From Candidatus Woesearchaeota archaeon (lineage in GTDB: Archaea; Nanobdellota; Nanobdellia; Woesearchaeales; JAWBMQ01), in assembly GCA_038825875.1 (NCBI GenBank), contig JAWBOS010000003.1, positions 1,786 to 65,785 of the forward strand: 64,000 bases of DNA, read 5' to 3'. The position numbers and the translations under genes were made by a program. The notes beneath the pieces were generated by a model, which saw nothing but the letters and a program-made list of their open reading frames with translations, ran no database searches and had not been told where the DNA came from. Shown one piece after another: positions 55,396-64,000 of the stretch; positions within the stretch are counted from its first letter, which is position 1; each line of letters opens with the position of its first letter.

Positions 55396-57313
55396 AGCTT
55401 TAATTTTTGGAATTTTGATTTTTTTTATGTTTTCTGTGAGTGCTGAGTTGATATCTCTGTGTGATTATAACAATAAGAGTTTGAGCAATTATTCAATTAA
55501 TGCAGAAATTAAAATATTGGCTTCAAATAAAATTATGAGCGGAGATGTTGTTCCAGAAATTTATGTTTACTCTAACAATACGAGAATAGGAGTATTAAAT
55601 GATATTGGTAAAGGATGTGATGATGTTAAGGAAGATGGCGTTTACTGTGGATATATAAAGGCAAGTGATATTGTAGGAAGTATTGTTGTAGTTTATTCAA
55701 AGATAGCAAACGAATCCTTAAACTTTACCATTCTACAGGATAATTTTTCCACATATGAAATTAAATGTTTTCCAGATGAAAAAGATTCAAACAATGCAAT
55801 TTGTAGAATATTATCAAATGATACTTTTGTGCTAAATGGGAATATTATTACGGAAATTTCAGGATTGCAAGGATCTTTGAGGGATTTTACGTTTTATCAA
55901 TACACTTCTCTTTGCGGAAAAAGAAAAAGAACAATCTCAATTTTGTTTCCTGATTTTCAACCACCAAAACCGGTAGAGCTTAATTGTACTACTGCTAGTA
56001 ATAATGTTGTTCAAATTTCATGGAGTAAATCTGAAGATAATACTGGAATAAAATATTATGAAGTGTTTAAGTGCTCATTTCCTGTTTCAATGAAGGATGA
56101 AGAGAAGATTACTTCTTTTGTAGATAAAGCAAAATGTAATTTGACAAGTTTTAAGATTTTTAAGGAAAACGAGGAGTTAAGATTTGAGGATTATTGCGAT
56201 AATTGCGAGATCTATTATAAAGTTAGAGTTTATGATATTTTTAATAATTCAGTTGACTCAAAAATTTGTAGAACTTTTTCAGATTCTTCAAAGCCTAATG
56301 TAGAATATTTCTTGCAGTATCCTGATAAAATCTTAATATTGTATGGCGATGCTCATACAGTTTTTTATGATAAACTTTATCCTTTCAAAAACGGCATGAG
56401 TTTGAATTATGATAAAAATTTGTCAATTATCTTCTATGATAAGTTTGGAAATTTTGTTATGCTGAAAGTTAATGAAGTTGAAGAATTTCCTTTTTTAGAT
56501 GTTATTAATGATAAAGTTAAGAATGCAGGATTTTATTCTAACGAGAGTGTTTATAGGAAAGATATGAAAAAGGAATCATTTGGAAGATATTATTATGTGA
56601 TTAATCCTCCCTATGTTTTTAGATATGAAATTAGTACTAATCATTATACACAGAAGAATTCTTTTGTCTTTATTCCAAAGGCCAAGAATTTTACAATAGA
56701 TGGTCATTATAGATATTTTAAGTTGGAAAATGATGAAGTAGATGCAATATTGATTTCAAACGCAACTCTTATTATAACAGAAAATAACGTTAGATACAGA
56801 TATGACTTGGAATCAGATGAAAATATTTTGGATTTTTTAACAAATCTCAGAGCAGATTCATATAATGATAAGGAAGAATTCTTGATTGCAATTAATAAAT
56901 CTTTAGGGGATTATTATTTGGATAATTATTCATTGAAAAGGAAATCCACATCTCTTTTAGAATTGACCGGATTTTTTGTGAAAGGAGATAAATTGAGAGG
57001 CCTTTTTTCTGGCATTTCTTTAATTCTTCTTATTGTAGTAATCATTGGAATTATTTTTCTCTATATTTTGATTTCATTTTTAAAAATTCAGTTTAGACAA
57101 GTTAATTATAGGAAGAATTTTCTCAAAAAAATGGAAAACAAAAGAAAGGAAGAACAACAACTGTTGAAGAAATTGGAAGAAAAAAAGAAAAAGGATGAAT
57201 TAAAGAAGCAAGCGGAAAATGAGTTTATAAAAAGGGCAGTTGAAGAAGAAAAGAAAATTGAAGAAAAAGAGGTAATGAAAAAAGGTTTCAGATATAGGAG
57301 AAATGAATTTTAA
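55379..57313 (+). CDS. Type I membrane surface protein. It has a signal peptide, a Cys- and N-sequon-rich ectodomain with an FN3-like segment, a C-terminal TM helix and a K/E-rich cytoplasmic tail.
   Basis: The N-terminal segment is ALIFGILIFFMFSVSA. Many NxS/T sequons are present. ELNCTTASNNVVQISWSKSEDNTGIKYYEVFKC is FN3-like. The C-terminal TM helix is GISLILLIVVIIGIIFLYILISFL, followed by KKMENKRKEEQQLLKKLEEKKKKDELKK. Confidence 0.5.
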   Translation: MKYTNKALIFGILIFFMFSVSAELISLCDYNNKSLSNYSINAEIKILASNKIMSGDVVPEIYVYSNNTRIGVLNDIGKGCDDVKEDGVYCGYIKASDIVGSIVVVYSKIANESLNFTILQDNFSTYEIKCFPDEKDSNNAICRILSNDTFVLNGNIITEISGLQGSLRDFTFYQYTSLCGKRKRTISILFPDFQPPKPVELNCTTASNNVVQISWSKSEDNTGIKYYEVFKCSFPVSMKDEEKITSFVDKAKCNLTSFKIFKENEELRFEDYCDNCEIYYKVRVYDIFNNSVDSKICRTFSDSSKPNVEYFLQYPDKILILYGDAHTVFYDKLYPFKNGMSLNYDKNLSIIFYDKFGNFVMLKVNEVEEFPFLDVINDKVKNAGFYSNESVYRKDMKKESFGRYYYVINPPYVFRYEISTNHYTQKNSFVFIPKAKNFTIDGHYRYFKLENDEVDAILISNATLIITENNVRYRYDLESDENILDFLTNLRADSYNDKEEFLIAINKSLGDYYLDNYSLKRKSTSLLELTGFFVKGDKLRGLFSGISLILLIVVIIGIIFLYILISFLKIQFRQVNYRKNFLKKMENKRKEEQQLLKKLEEKKKKDELKKQAENEFIKRAVEEEKKIEEKEVMKKGFRYRRNEF

Positions 57314-57372
57314 GTCCCTTTTAAAAAATCATCCATAATATTTATATTATACCAGATTTCTTTTATGGTCAA

Positions 57373-57912
57373 ATGAAATCTAAATGGAAAAAGGTTGTAG
57401 ATGCAAAAGATTTGAAAATTTTTGAATACGTAGATTCACGAAAAAATGAAAAAAAGATAGTTGAAGCAAGATTAGTGGATGGGAAGTGGCATATAATAAA
57501 AAAGGAAAAAGAAACAGTAAATGAATATCTTGTAGATGAAAAAGATTTTGATCTTTTTTTAAGAAAGGTTTTTAAGGATGAAATCAAGATTAAGCAAAAT
57601 AAGAACACAGAACCAGTGATAAAATTCTATCGCTTATTTAAGGATTCAATTTGTGAAAAATGGGTTATAAGCATAAATAATGAATCTTATTCTAATGTTG
57701 CATATATCTATGCAACAGATCTTATTTCTGTTGATCTTATTTTGCATATGAAATATAAGTTCCTAGAAAAAAAGATTCTTGATGAGTTGAAAATCACTTT
57801 AGGGATTTATAATGAGGATATTGAATTTAATGTTTATTATTATAGCTATTCTCAAAAATTTTTTGAAATGAATGAATTCAATGAATTTGAGCGGTGGGAG
57901 GATGAGGATTAG
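57373..57912 (+). CDS. Hypothetical protein
   Basis: 179-aa ORF. No motif recognised. Confidence 0.35.
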   Translation: MKSKWKKVVDAKDLKIFEYVDSRKNEKKIVEARLVDGKWHIIKKEKETVNEYLVDEKDFDLFLRKVFKDEIKIKQNKNTEPVIKFYRLFKDSICEKWVISINNESYSNVAYIYATDLISVDLILHMKYKFLEKKILDELKITLGIYNEDIEFNVYYYSYSQKFFEMNEFNEFERWEDED

Positions 57913-59782
57913 TTTTGAAGGCAAATCTTATGTTACTGAAGCAAAAACTATCTTAGAGTTTTTAAAAGAAATAAAAAAAGACAAAGATGCATTGGTTGCA
58001 GAGGTGAATGGTGAATTGTGTGATTTGACTTCGCCTGTAGTTGATAATTCCAATCTTAGAATTTATACTTTTGCAGATAAAAAAGGAAAAGAGGTTTTTT
58101 GGCATACGTCGAGCCATATCTTAGCTCAGGCAGTTAAGCGATTGTTTCCAAATGCAAAATTAGCAATAGGTCCATCAATAGAGGAGGGTTTTTTTTATGA
58201 TATTGATTTAGAGCTTAGAGAGGAGGATTTAGAAAAGATTGAAAAAGAGATGAAGAAAATAATTTCTGAAAAGTTGCCAATACAAAGAAAAGAAATTAGT
58301 TATGAAGAAGCAAAAAAATTGTTTCAAGATAATCCCTATAAATTAGAGCTCATTGAAGAATACAAAGAAAATTTGACAATTTACATTCAGGGTGAATTTT
58401 TTGATTTGTGTAAGGGACCACATTTACCAAATACAAGTTATGTTGGTGCAATAAGGATAACAAAACTGGCAGGAGCTTATTGGAGAGGAGATCCTAATAA
58501 TAAGATGCTTACAAGAATTTATGGGATTTCTTTTCCCACCGAAAAAGAACTTCAAGATTACTTGACCTTTTTGGAAGAAGCAAAAAAAAGAGATCACAGA
58601 ATTCTAGGACAAAAATTGGATCTGTTTAGTTTTCATGATGAAGGGCCTGGTTTTGTTTTTTGGCATTACAAAGGAATGATTTTAAGAAATATTCTATTAG
58701 ATCTCTGGAGAAAAATACACTATAGTCAAGGTTATCAGGAGATTTCTACACCCATACTGTTAAATGAATCTCTATGGCATACAAGTGGACATTGGGATCA
58801 TTATAAGAAAAATATGTACTTTACTACAATAGATGATCAAATTTATGCAATTAAGCCAATGAATTGTCCAGGAGGCATTTTAGTTTATAAATCTAGACCA
58901 AGATCTTATAAGGAGTTTCCTCTTAAATTGGCAGAGATTGGATTAGTTCATAGACATGAGTTAAGCGGGGTTTTGCATGGATTATTAAGAGTTAGGGCTT
59001 TTACTCAAGATGATGCCCATATCTTTTGTGAACCAGAATATTTAAAGAAAGAAATAAAAGAAGTTGTTAAACTCATAGATTCAGTTTATAAGATTTTTGG
59101 ATTTGATTATCACGTTGAAATTTCTACAAGACCTGAAAGCAGAGTTGGAAGTGATGAGTTATGGGACTTGGCAGAAAATTCACTTGAGGAAGTGTGCAGG
59201 GAAATGAATCTAAATTATAAAATTAATCCCGGAGAAGGGGCATTTTATGGTCCCAAGATTGATTTTCATATAAGAGATTCTTTAAAGAGAACTTGGCAAT
59301 GTGCTACAGTTCAAGTAGATTTCAATATGCCACAGAGATTTGAATTAACTTATATGGGACGTGATGGAACTTATAATCATAGACCAGTGATGTTACATCG
59401 AGTTGTTTATGGTAGTTTGGAAAGATTCATAGGAATTCTTATTGAGCATTATGCTGGAAATTTTCCACTTTGGCTAAATCCAGTTCAGATAAAAATATTG
59501 ACTGTTGCAGATAGATTCCAAGAAAAAGCAAGGTCTATTGGCGAAAAGATAGCTAAGGAAGGTTTTAGAGTGGAGTATGATTTTGAAGCAATGACTATAA
59601 ACAAGAAAGTGAGAAATGCAGAATTGGAAAAGGTTAATTACATTTTGGTAATCGGTGAAAAAGATTCCGAGGAAAGATTGGCAGTGAGATCTAGAGATGA
59701 TAAGATAGAATTTTTGTCTCTTAGAGAGTTCTTGGAAAAACTTAAGCAAGAGATGAATGAACCATTTAAGCATCTGTTTTGA
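57902..59782 (+). CDS. thrS: Threonyl-tRNA synthetase (bacterial/eukaryotic type, with TGS and N2 editing domains)
   Basis: RDHRILGQKLDLFSF is the ThrRS HRxLG motif. SSHILAQAVKRLFPNAKLAIGPSIEEGFFYD is the N2 editing domain. The class II motifs and the C-terminal anticodon-binding domain are present. The track ORF starts at 57872; the ATG at 57902 (MRISFEG, TGS start) is the more likely start. Confidence 0.9.
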   Translation: MRISFEGKSYVTEAKTILEFLKEIKKDKDALVAEVNGELCDLTSPVVDNSNLRIYTFADKKGKEVFWHTSSHILAQAVKRLFPNAKLAIGPSIEEGFFYDIDLELREEDLEKIEKEMKKIISEKLPIQRKEISYEEAKKLFQDNPYKLELIEEYKENLTIYIQGEFFDLCKGPHLPNTSYVGAIRITKLAGAYWRGDPNNKMLTRIYGISFPTEKELQDYLTFLEEAKKRDHRILGQKLDLFSFHDEGPGFVFWHYKGMILRNILLDLWRKIHYSQGYQEISTPILLNESLWHTSGHWDHYKKNMYFTTIDDQIYAIKPMNCPGGILVYKSRPRSYKEFPLKLAEIGLVHRHELSGVLHGLLRVRAFTQDDAHIFCEPEYLKKEIKEVVKLIDSVYKIFGFDYHVEISTRPESRVGSDELWDLAENSLEEVCREMNLNYKINPGEGAFYGPKIDFHIRDSLKRTWQCATVQVDFNMPQRFELTYMGRDGTYNHRPVMLHRVVYGSLERFIGILIEHYAGNFPLWLNPVQIKILTVADRFQEKARSIGEKIAKEGFRVEYDFEAMTINKKVRNAELEKVNYILVIGEKDSEERLAVRSRDDKIEFLSLREFLEKLKQEMNEPFKHLF

Positions 59783-59898
59783 TCAGTACTAGGTTTCTTT
59801 TTTTCATTTTGACTTTTCATTTAGGTGATTCTTTAGAGGATTTATCACTTTAATTTAATTAGAAAGATTTAAATATTTAAAAAAGGTAGGATTTTTAA

Positions 59899-60570
59899 AT
59901 GAAAACATATCTTGTTTGGATTACTTTGTTTTTAATACTTTTATCTTTTCCAGTTTTTTCGATTCAACAATCTCATCCGGCATCTGAAATTGAACCTGGT
60001 GTTTTTGGTGCAGATCTTTATGTTGGAAATTATACTTTTCCTGATTCTTTATCTGTTTCAAGAGATCTTTCTGTGGGTTTGAGGATTGGTGTAGGAACTT
60101 CTACACCTAGAGAAGCTATTGAAGTGGTAGGTTCTATAGGTTTGTCTGGTTCAAACCCTGTCAGAATTGGAACTATAGATAGCATAGGGTTATCTATAGT
60201 AACTGCAAATACATCCAGAATTTTGATTAGCTCTACTGGAAATGTAGGCATAGGGACAACAAGTCCAAGTTATAGGTTAGATGTATCAGGCGCATTAAGG
60301 ACAACCCAAGATACATACTTAGCAACGACAAGTGGAAATGTAGGGATAGGAACAACAACGGCTAATGATAAGTTGGAGGTAGCAGGAAATGTTAGGGCTG
60401 TGCAATTTATAGACAGGGATAATACGAATTATTATTTAGATCCGTCTAATACAGGATTATCGATGAGAGTAGCGGGGAATATAAGGGTAGATGGTAATAA
60501 TATACAGGATTCAGGGGGAACAGCAAGATTTACTGTTTCAGGAACTAATGTCATAATTACTATTGGTTAG
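59899..60570 (+). CDS. Secreted protein with tail-fibre-like repeats (G-N-V-G-I-G-T-T-S/T-P ... L-x-V-x-G)
   Basis: The signal peptide is MKTYLVWITLFLILLSFPVFS. The repeats are RIGVGTSTPREAIEVVGS, GNVGIGTTSPSYRLDVSGA and GNVGIGTTTANDKLEVAGN. Codon usage is atypically G-rich (GGG/AGG). Confidence 0.5.
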   Translation: MKTYLVWITLFLILLSFPVFSIQQSHPASEIEPGVFGADLYVGNYTFPDSLSVSRDLSVGLRIGVGTSTPREAIEVVGSIGLSGSNPVRIGTIDSIGLSIVTANTSRILISSTGNVGIGTTSPSYRLDVSGALRTTQDTYLATTSGNVGIGTTTANDKLEVAGNVRAVQFIDRDNTNYYLDPSNTGLSMRVAGNIRVDGNNIQDSGGTARFTVSGTNVIITIG

Positions 60571-61453
60571 TGTTAGTTTGTTCTTCAATTTTCAAGATAA
60601 TTTTTTTGATTTCTTCTATTGATTTAGATTTGTTTATTTCTGTTCTGAGTTTTTTTGCATTTTTTGTTTCTTTTGTAAATATGTAACTTAGTTGTTTAAT
60701 TCTTTTAAATTCGATTTTAAATTCTTCTGCAAGTTCAAGATAATTGTAGAAAAGTTTTATTTTGCTTATCTTTTTGTTTGATTGGATTTCACTGAAAATT
60801 GAAGGATTTCTTAATGCTCCTCTACCTATCATGATTCCATCAAGATTCCGCTTTTTTGAATAATAATCTTGGGCATGAAAAATATCTCCATTTCCTATGA
60901 TTGGAAAATTTGTTATTTCTTTCAGCTTATAAATGTCTTCATATTTTGCTTTTCCACTAAATCCTTGTTTTACAGTTCTACAATGTACTATTAATTCATC
61001 GACATTCAATTTTACAAATTCTGATGTTATTGATTTTTCGTATCCTAATCTTGTTTTAAAAGAGAAAGGTATTGCCAGCTCTTTTTTGCACATTTTAGAA
61101 AAGTTAATTAACCTTTCTATATCTTTCAACCAGTAACCTCCACTTTTACTTTTTAGAATGTTTTTGTCAGGACAACCAAAATTGAAATTTATAAAATCAC
61201 ATTCATATTTTTTTTCTAAGATCTTTGCACTTTTTATTAATTCTTTTTCGCTATTTCCAAACAATTGAATACCAAAATCCTTACAATAGCCTCTGTTTAT
61301 TATGAATTCAGGAACCTTTTTACTGATTATTGCTGAGCTATGAATCATTTCAGAGTAGCAAACAATTCTTCCAGTTTTAGAAATTAGACTTCTGAATGCT
61401 ACATCTGTAAAACCTTTGAGAGGAGCTAAGTGAAGATCACTTATGTGTTTCAT
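60560..61453 (-). CDS. dus: tRNA-dihydrouridine synthase (Dus family, FMN-dependent)
   Basis: FINFNFGCPDKNILKSKSGGYWLKD is the Dus NxGCP motif. The TIM-barrel pattern and the size of 297 aa fit the family. Confidence 0.7.
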   Translation of the reverse strand: MKHISDLHLAPLKGFTDVAFRSLISKTGRIVCYSEMIHSSAIISKKVPEFIINRGYCKDFGIQLFGNSEKELIKSAKILEKKYECDFINFNFGCPDKNILKSKSGGYWLKDIERLINFSKMCKKELAIPFSFKTRLGYEKSITSEFVKLNVDELIVHCRTVKQGFSGKAKYEDIYKLKEITNFPIIGNGDIFHAQDYYSKKRNLDGIMIGRGALRNPSIFSEIQSNKKISKIKLFYNYLELAEEFKIEFKRIKQLSYIFTKETKNAKKLRTEINKSKSIEEIKKIILKIEEQTNTNQ

Positions 61454-61539
61454 TACTCTTAAGATTAGGTAATGTTTTTTATTATTTTTGTTGTTTTTGT
61501 TTCAAAATATTTTTATTTTCAAGTATTTTATCTATTTTT

Positions 61540-61953
61540 ATGCTATACAAGAGCACAGAAAATTATCTTTTTAGGTTGCCCGAAGGGGATGATCTTATTG
61601 AAGGATTAGTTAATTTTGCCAAGCAAAAAGAGATTTTAACAGGTGTTATTTTTGTTATTGGTGCTGTGAAAGATGTTGTATTAGCTTACTATGATTTTGA
61701 AGAAAAGAGATATAAGGAGATTGAATTAGATGGTACTTATGAGTTGGTATCTGCAATAGGAAATATTTCTGTTAAAGAGGATAATATATTTGTTCACTTA
61801 CATACTACTGTTGCTAATTCTCAGGGAAAAATTTATGGTGGGCATTTAATGAAAGCAAAGGTGGTTGTTGCGGAAGTTTTGATTGAAAAGATGATAGGTA
61901 ATCCTTTATATAGAAAACTCCAGCTCAATGGGTTATATTTGTGGGATATATAA
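61540..61953 (+). CDS. PPC-domain (DUF296) protein
   Basis: 137 aa. LPEGDDLIEGL...VIGAVKDV...LVSAIGNIS...HLHTTVA...GGHL fits the PPC/DUF296 pattern. Confidence 0.5.
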   Translation: MLYKSTENYLFRLPEGDDLIEGLVNFAKQKEILTGVIFVIGAVKDVVLAYYDFEEKRYKEIELDGTYELVSAIGNISVKEDNIFVHLHTTVANSQGKIYGGHLMKAKVVVAEVLIEKMIGNPLYRKLQLNGLYLWDI

Positions 61954-61954
61954 C

Positions 61955-62245
61955 ATGGAAATAAAATCTTCAATCTTGGAAGAGATAGATACTATAAGAA
62001 GAATTGTTGAAGAAAATAAATACAGAAAGATTCTGATTCAATTACCAGATGGTTTAAAATCCTATGCTCCAGTTATCTTTGAAAGAATAAAAGATCTCTG
62101 TGAGGTATTTTTTTATGGCAATTCAAATTTTGGAGGTTGTGATTTGCCAATTTATTTAAAGGATGATTTTGATGCTGTATTTCATTTTTCACATTCCAAA
62201 TATTTCGATACTGCCCAAGAGAATAATTTTTCTAAAAAATCTTAG
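61955..62245 (+). pseudogene. dph2: N-terminal fragment (~95 aa) of the diphthamide synthase Dph2. Truncated, and a likely pseudogene or remnant.
   Basis: KILIQLPDGLKSYAPVIFERIKDLCEVFFYGNSNFGGCDLPIYLKDDFDAVFHFSHSKY aligns with the Dph2 N-terminus (VLIQSPEGL...EVFLHGEINYGACD...CDALIHLGHS). The ORF then terminates. Full-length Dph2 is about 330-350 aa with three Fe-S Cys, and only the first Cys is retained here. Confidence 0.5.
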
Positions 62246-62341
62246 TCTTTGAATATCTTTCAATTTTCTTTAAGACTTTTCAAAAATTTTTCAATTTTTT
62301 TACAAAAATTAATTTTAACTCTTTCATATTGCAAGACTTAG

Positions 62342-63325
62342 GTGAGACAAATGGATGAAAATTTGAATGAGTTAATAAAAAAGTACGAGAATTCTATGCC
62401 ATCTATGATGGAGTATAAAAACGCTGCAGAATTTTCAGGAACAGAATCTAAAAGAGTTGATGGGATGATCAAGGAAGTTACGGATTCGTGGAATAAGATA
62501 GATAAAGAGATGAGATCAATTTGGGGTTCTTATGCAGGATTACTTGCAAAAGTAAAAAACATAGTGAATCCAATGTCTAAAGAAGAAATTCTTAAGGAGA
62601 TAAAAAAGAAGTTAAGTGAAAACATATCTAAATGTAATCAGCTCTATAAAGTTGTAGAAAGTGAATACAATAAGATGGAAAAAGAGTCAAAATTTTTGGA
62701 GGATTATATGGAGGAAAAATACGAGGAATTGGAGAAAGTAAAAGCAGATGCTACTAAAATGTATCTTGAATATTCAAAATTATTGAATAGTAATAAAGAT
62801 CAGAAGTCATATTATTTTAGAAGATTAGAAAAGGCTTTGTTTAACAATTTATCAAAATTGGATTCTTTGATGTTTCAAATTCAACATCTTAGGCAAAGTT
62901 ATGATTATATCTATTTTAATCAACTAGTACTTCAAAAGTATTCTGTTGCATTGAATAATACATCAACTACTCTTCAAACAGCACTATCTAATTTAGAAAC
63001 GCTATACATGTCTTTTGATCTGAGAAACTTCCATGAGGTTATTAAGGACTCATATGACTTTACATCAAAATTGAGAGAACTTGAAGGTAAGATGATGAAT
63101 GTGAAAAATAAAGAAGTTGAAGTAACTAATCAAGTTGTTAGAGAAGCAGAAAATTCTTCAAAAGTTATGGAGGATGTAGTGAAGAGATTTGATGAACAAA
63201 ACAGACTGATGGAGAGATTGTATAATAGTCCAAACATTGCAGAATTCTTAAAAAGTTTAGAAGAAAGGGGGTTAAATGTTCAAGAAAATAGAGATGAAGA
63301 AAAAGAAAACAGACTTAGATCATAA
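62342..63325 (+). CDS. Coiled-coil hypothetical protein
   Basis: 327-aa helical K/E/N-rich ORF. No motif recognised. Confidence 0.35.
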   Translation: MRQMDENLNELIKKYENSMPSMMEYKNAAEFSGTESKRVDGMIKEVTDSWNKIDKEMRSIWGSYAGLLAKVKNIVNPMSKEEILKEIKKKLSENISKCNQLYKVVESEYNKMEKESKFLEDYMEEKYEELEKVKADATKMYLEYSKLLNSNKDQKSYYFRRLEKALFNNLSKLDSLMFQIQHLRQSYDYIYFNQLVLQKYSVALNNTSTTLQTALSNLETLYMSFDLRNFHEVIKDSYDFTSKLRELEGKMMNVKNKEVEVTNQVVREAENSSKVMEDVVKRFDEQNRLMERLYNSPNIAEFLKSLEERGLNVQENRDEEKENRLRS

Positions 63326-63331
63326 GCAAAA

Positions 63332-64000
63332 ATGTACGAGAAAATTCTTTCTTTTTTTGAGAAGTATAGGTTAGAGTATAAAGTTTCCCAGATTGAGGCT
63401 TTAGTTTTTTCTTTCTTTTCTACTTTGGAATATTCCAAGGAAACTATTCTTTCGAGCAAGGACCCATATAAAACCTTTTTAGAGACTCTTTATGTATCTT
63501 CATCACTCGCACTCAAACCCTTTGACATACCTATAGATAGTTTTAGAGAGTATAATTTATCTTCAAAGGTGGAAGATTCTTTAAAAGATGTGGTAAAATA
63601 TTACTATGAAGAAATTTGTAATGTTACAAATGTTGAAGAGATTAAGTTTTACACACAGAAATATTTTGAAAAATTGAAGAGAACAGCAAAAAATCGTCTT
63701 TCAATTGAATTAATTTCAAAATTAGATGGGATTATTCAAAAATCTCCTCCACTTTCCTTTGAAGAGGGATTAAAATTTAAAGCCTCAATTTTAGAAAAAA
63801 TGGAGAAACAAAAGATGCAAGAATTATCTCAAAAATCAAATGAAATAGCAGGAAATCAATCAATAGATACTTACTCTACATTCGAGGAGATAGAGCAATT
63901 ATGGAAGGATATCATAGGAAACGATGATGTGAAGCAGGGACTTAGAAGAATTATAAGATGCCTATTTGCTTATGATTTTAATGTAAAAAAGAATCCTTGG
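63332..64000 (+). CDS. Hypothetical protein, partial (runs off the window end). Its last residues resemble the lead-in to an AAA+ ATPase domain.
   Basis: The open frame from the ATG at 63332 to the window end spans 223 codons. The end of the fragment (IIGNDDVKQGLRRIIRCL) resembles the region preceding Walker A in AAA+ proteins. This assignment is speculative. Confidence 0.3.
   Translation, partial: MYEKILSFFEKYRLEYKVSQIEALVFSFFSTLEYSKETILSSKDPYKTFLETLYVSSSLALKPFDIPIDSFREYNLSSKVEDSLKDVVKYYYEEICNVTNVEEIKFYTQKYFEKLKRTAKNRLSIELISKLDGIIQKSPPLSFEEGLKFKASILEKMEKQKMQELSQKSNEIAGNQSIDTYSTFEEIEQLWKDIIGNDDVKQGLRRIIRCLFAYDFNVKKNPW

Overview
The window is an AT-rich (roughly 30% GC) archaeal chromosome segment, densely packed with information-processing genes. 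The archaeal assignment rests on several recognisable blocks:
- an rpoH, split rpoB (B''/B'), split rpoA (A'/A''), rpl30e, nusA, rps12, rps7, (ndk), aEF-2 cluster;
- an rps27e, aIF2alpha, nop10 cluster;
- a tRNA-Pro, rpl37ae, rpoP, Pcc1-like, prefoldin-like cluster;
- RFC small and large subunits, Top6A, Rad50, archaeal-type GlyRS, Trm1/Trm11, Rpp29, CDP-archaeol-synthase-like and FtsZ genes.
Most genes carry GGAGGTGA-type Shine-Dalgarno sequences. Four tRNA genes (Asp-GUC, Lys-UUU, Ser-GGA, Pro-UGG) stand out as GC-rich islands, and none encodes a 3' CCA. Several genes are typical of small DPANN-like genomes shaped by horizontal transfer from bacteria:
- a form III RuBisCO (partial, at the window start), an eIF2B-family (ribose-1,5-bisphosphate isomerase-like) gene and a class II fructose-bisphosphate aldolase;
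- a class II LysRS, a bacterial-type ThrRS, a TraB-family protein, a full-length RelA/SpoT homologue, and an SLT lytic transglycosylase with a LysM domain.
The strongest candidates for undescribed biology are:
- a ~2 kb compositionally foreign island (6.1-8.2 kb) holding two aromatic-rich ORFs of unknown function, next to ftsZ;
- a 20-bp-period direct-repeat array between a winged-HTH regulator and ftsZ;
- an unannotated 53-aa hyper-acidic peptide gene beside a minimal E1-like protein;
- a Rad50 gene with no Mre11 partner, embedded between an MGMT-like gene and a ROK-like kinase;
- a truncated dph2 fragment, with Dph6 and EF-2 elsewhere in the window;
- a secreted tail-fibre-like repeat protein with atypical codon usage.
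No CRISPR array, integrase or IS element was seen.
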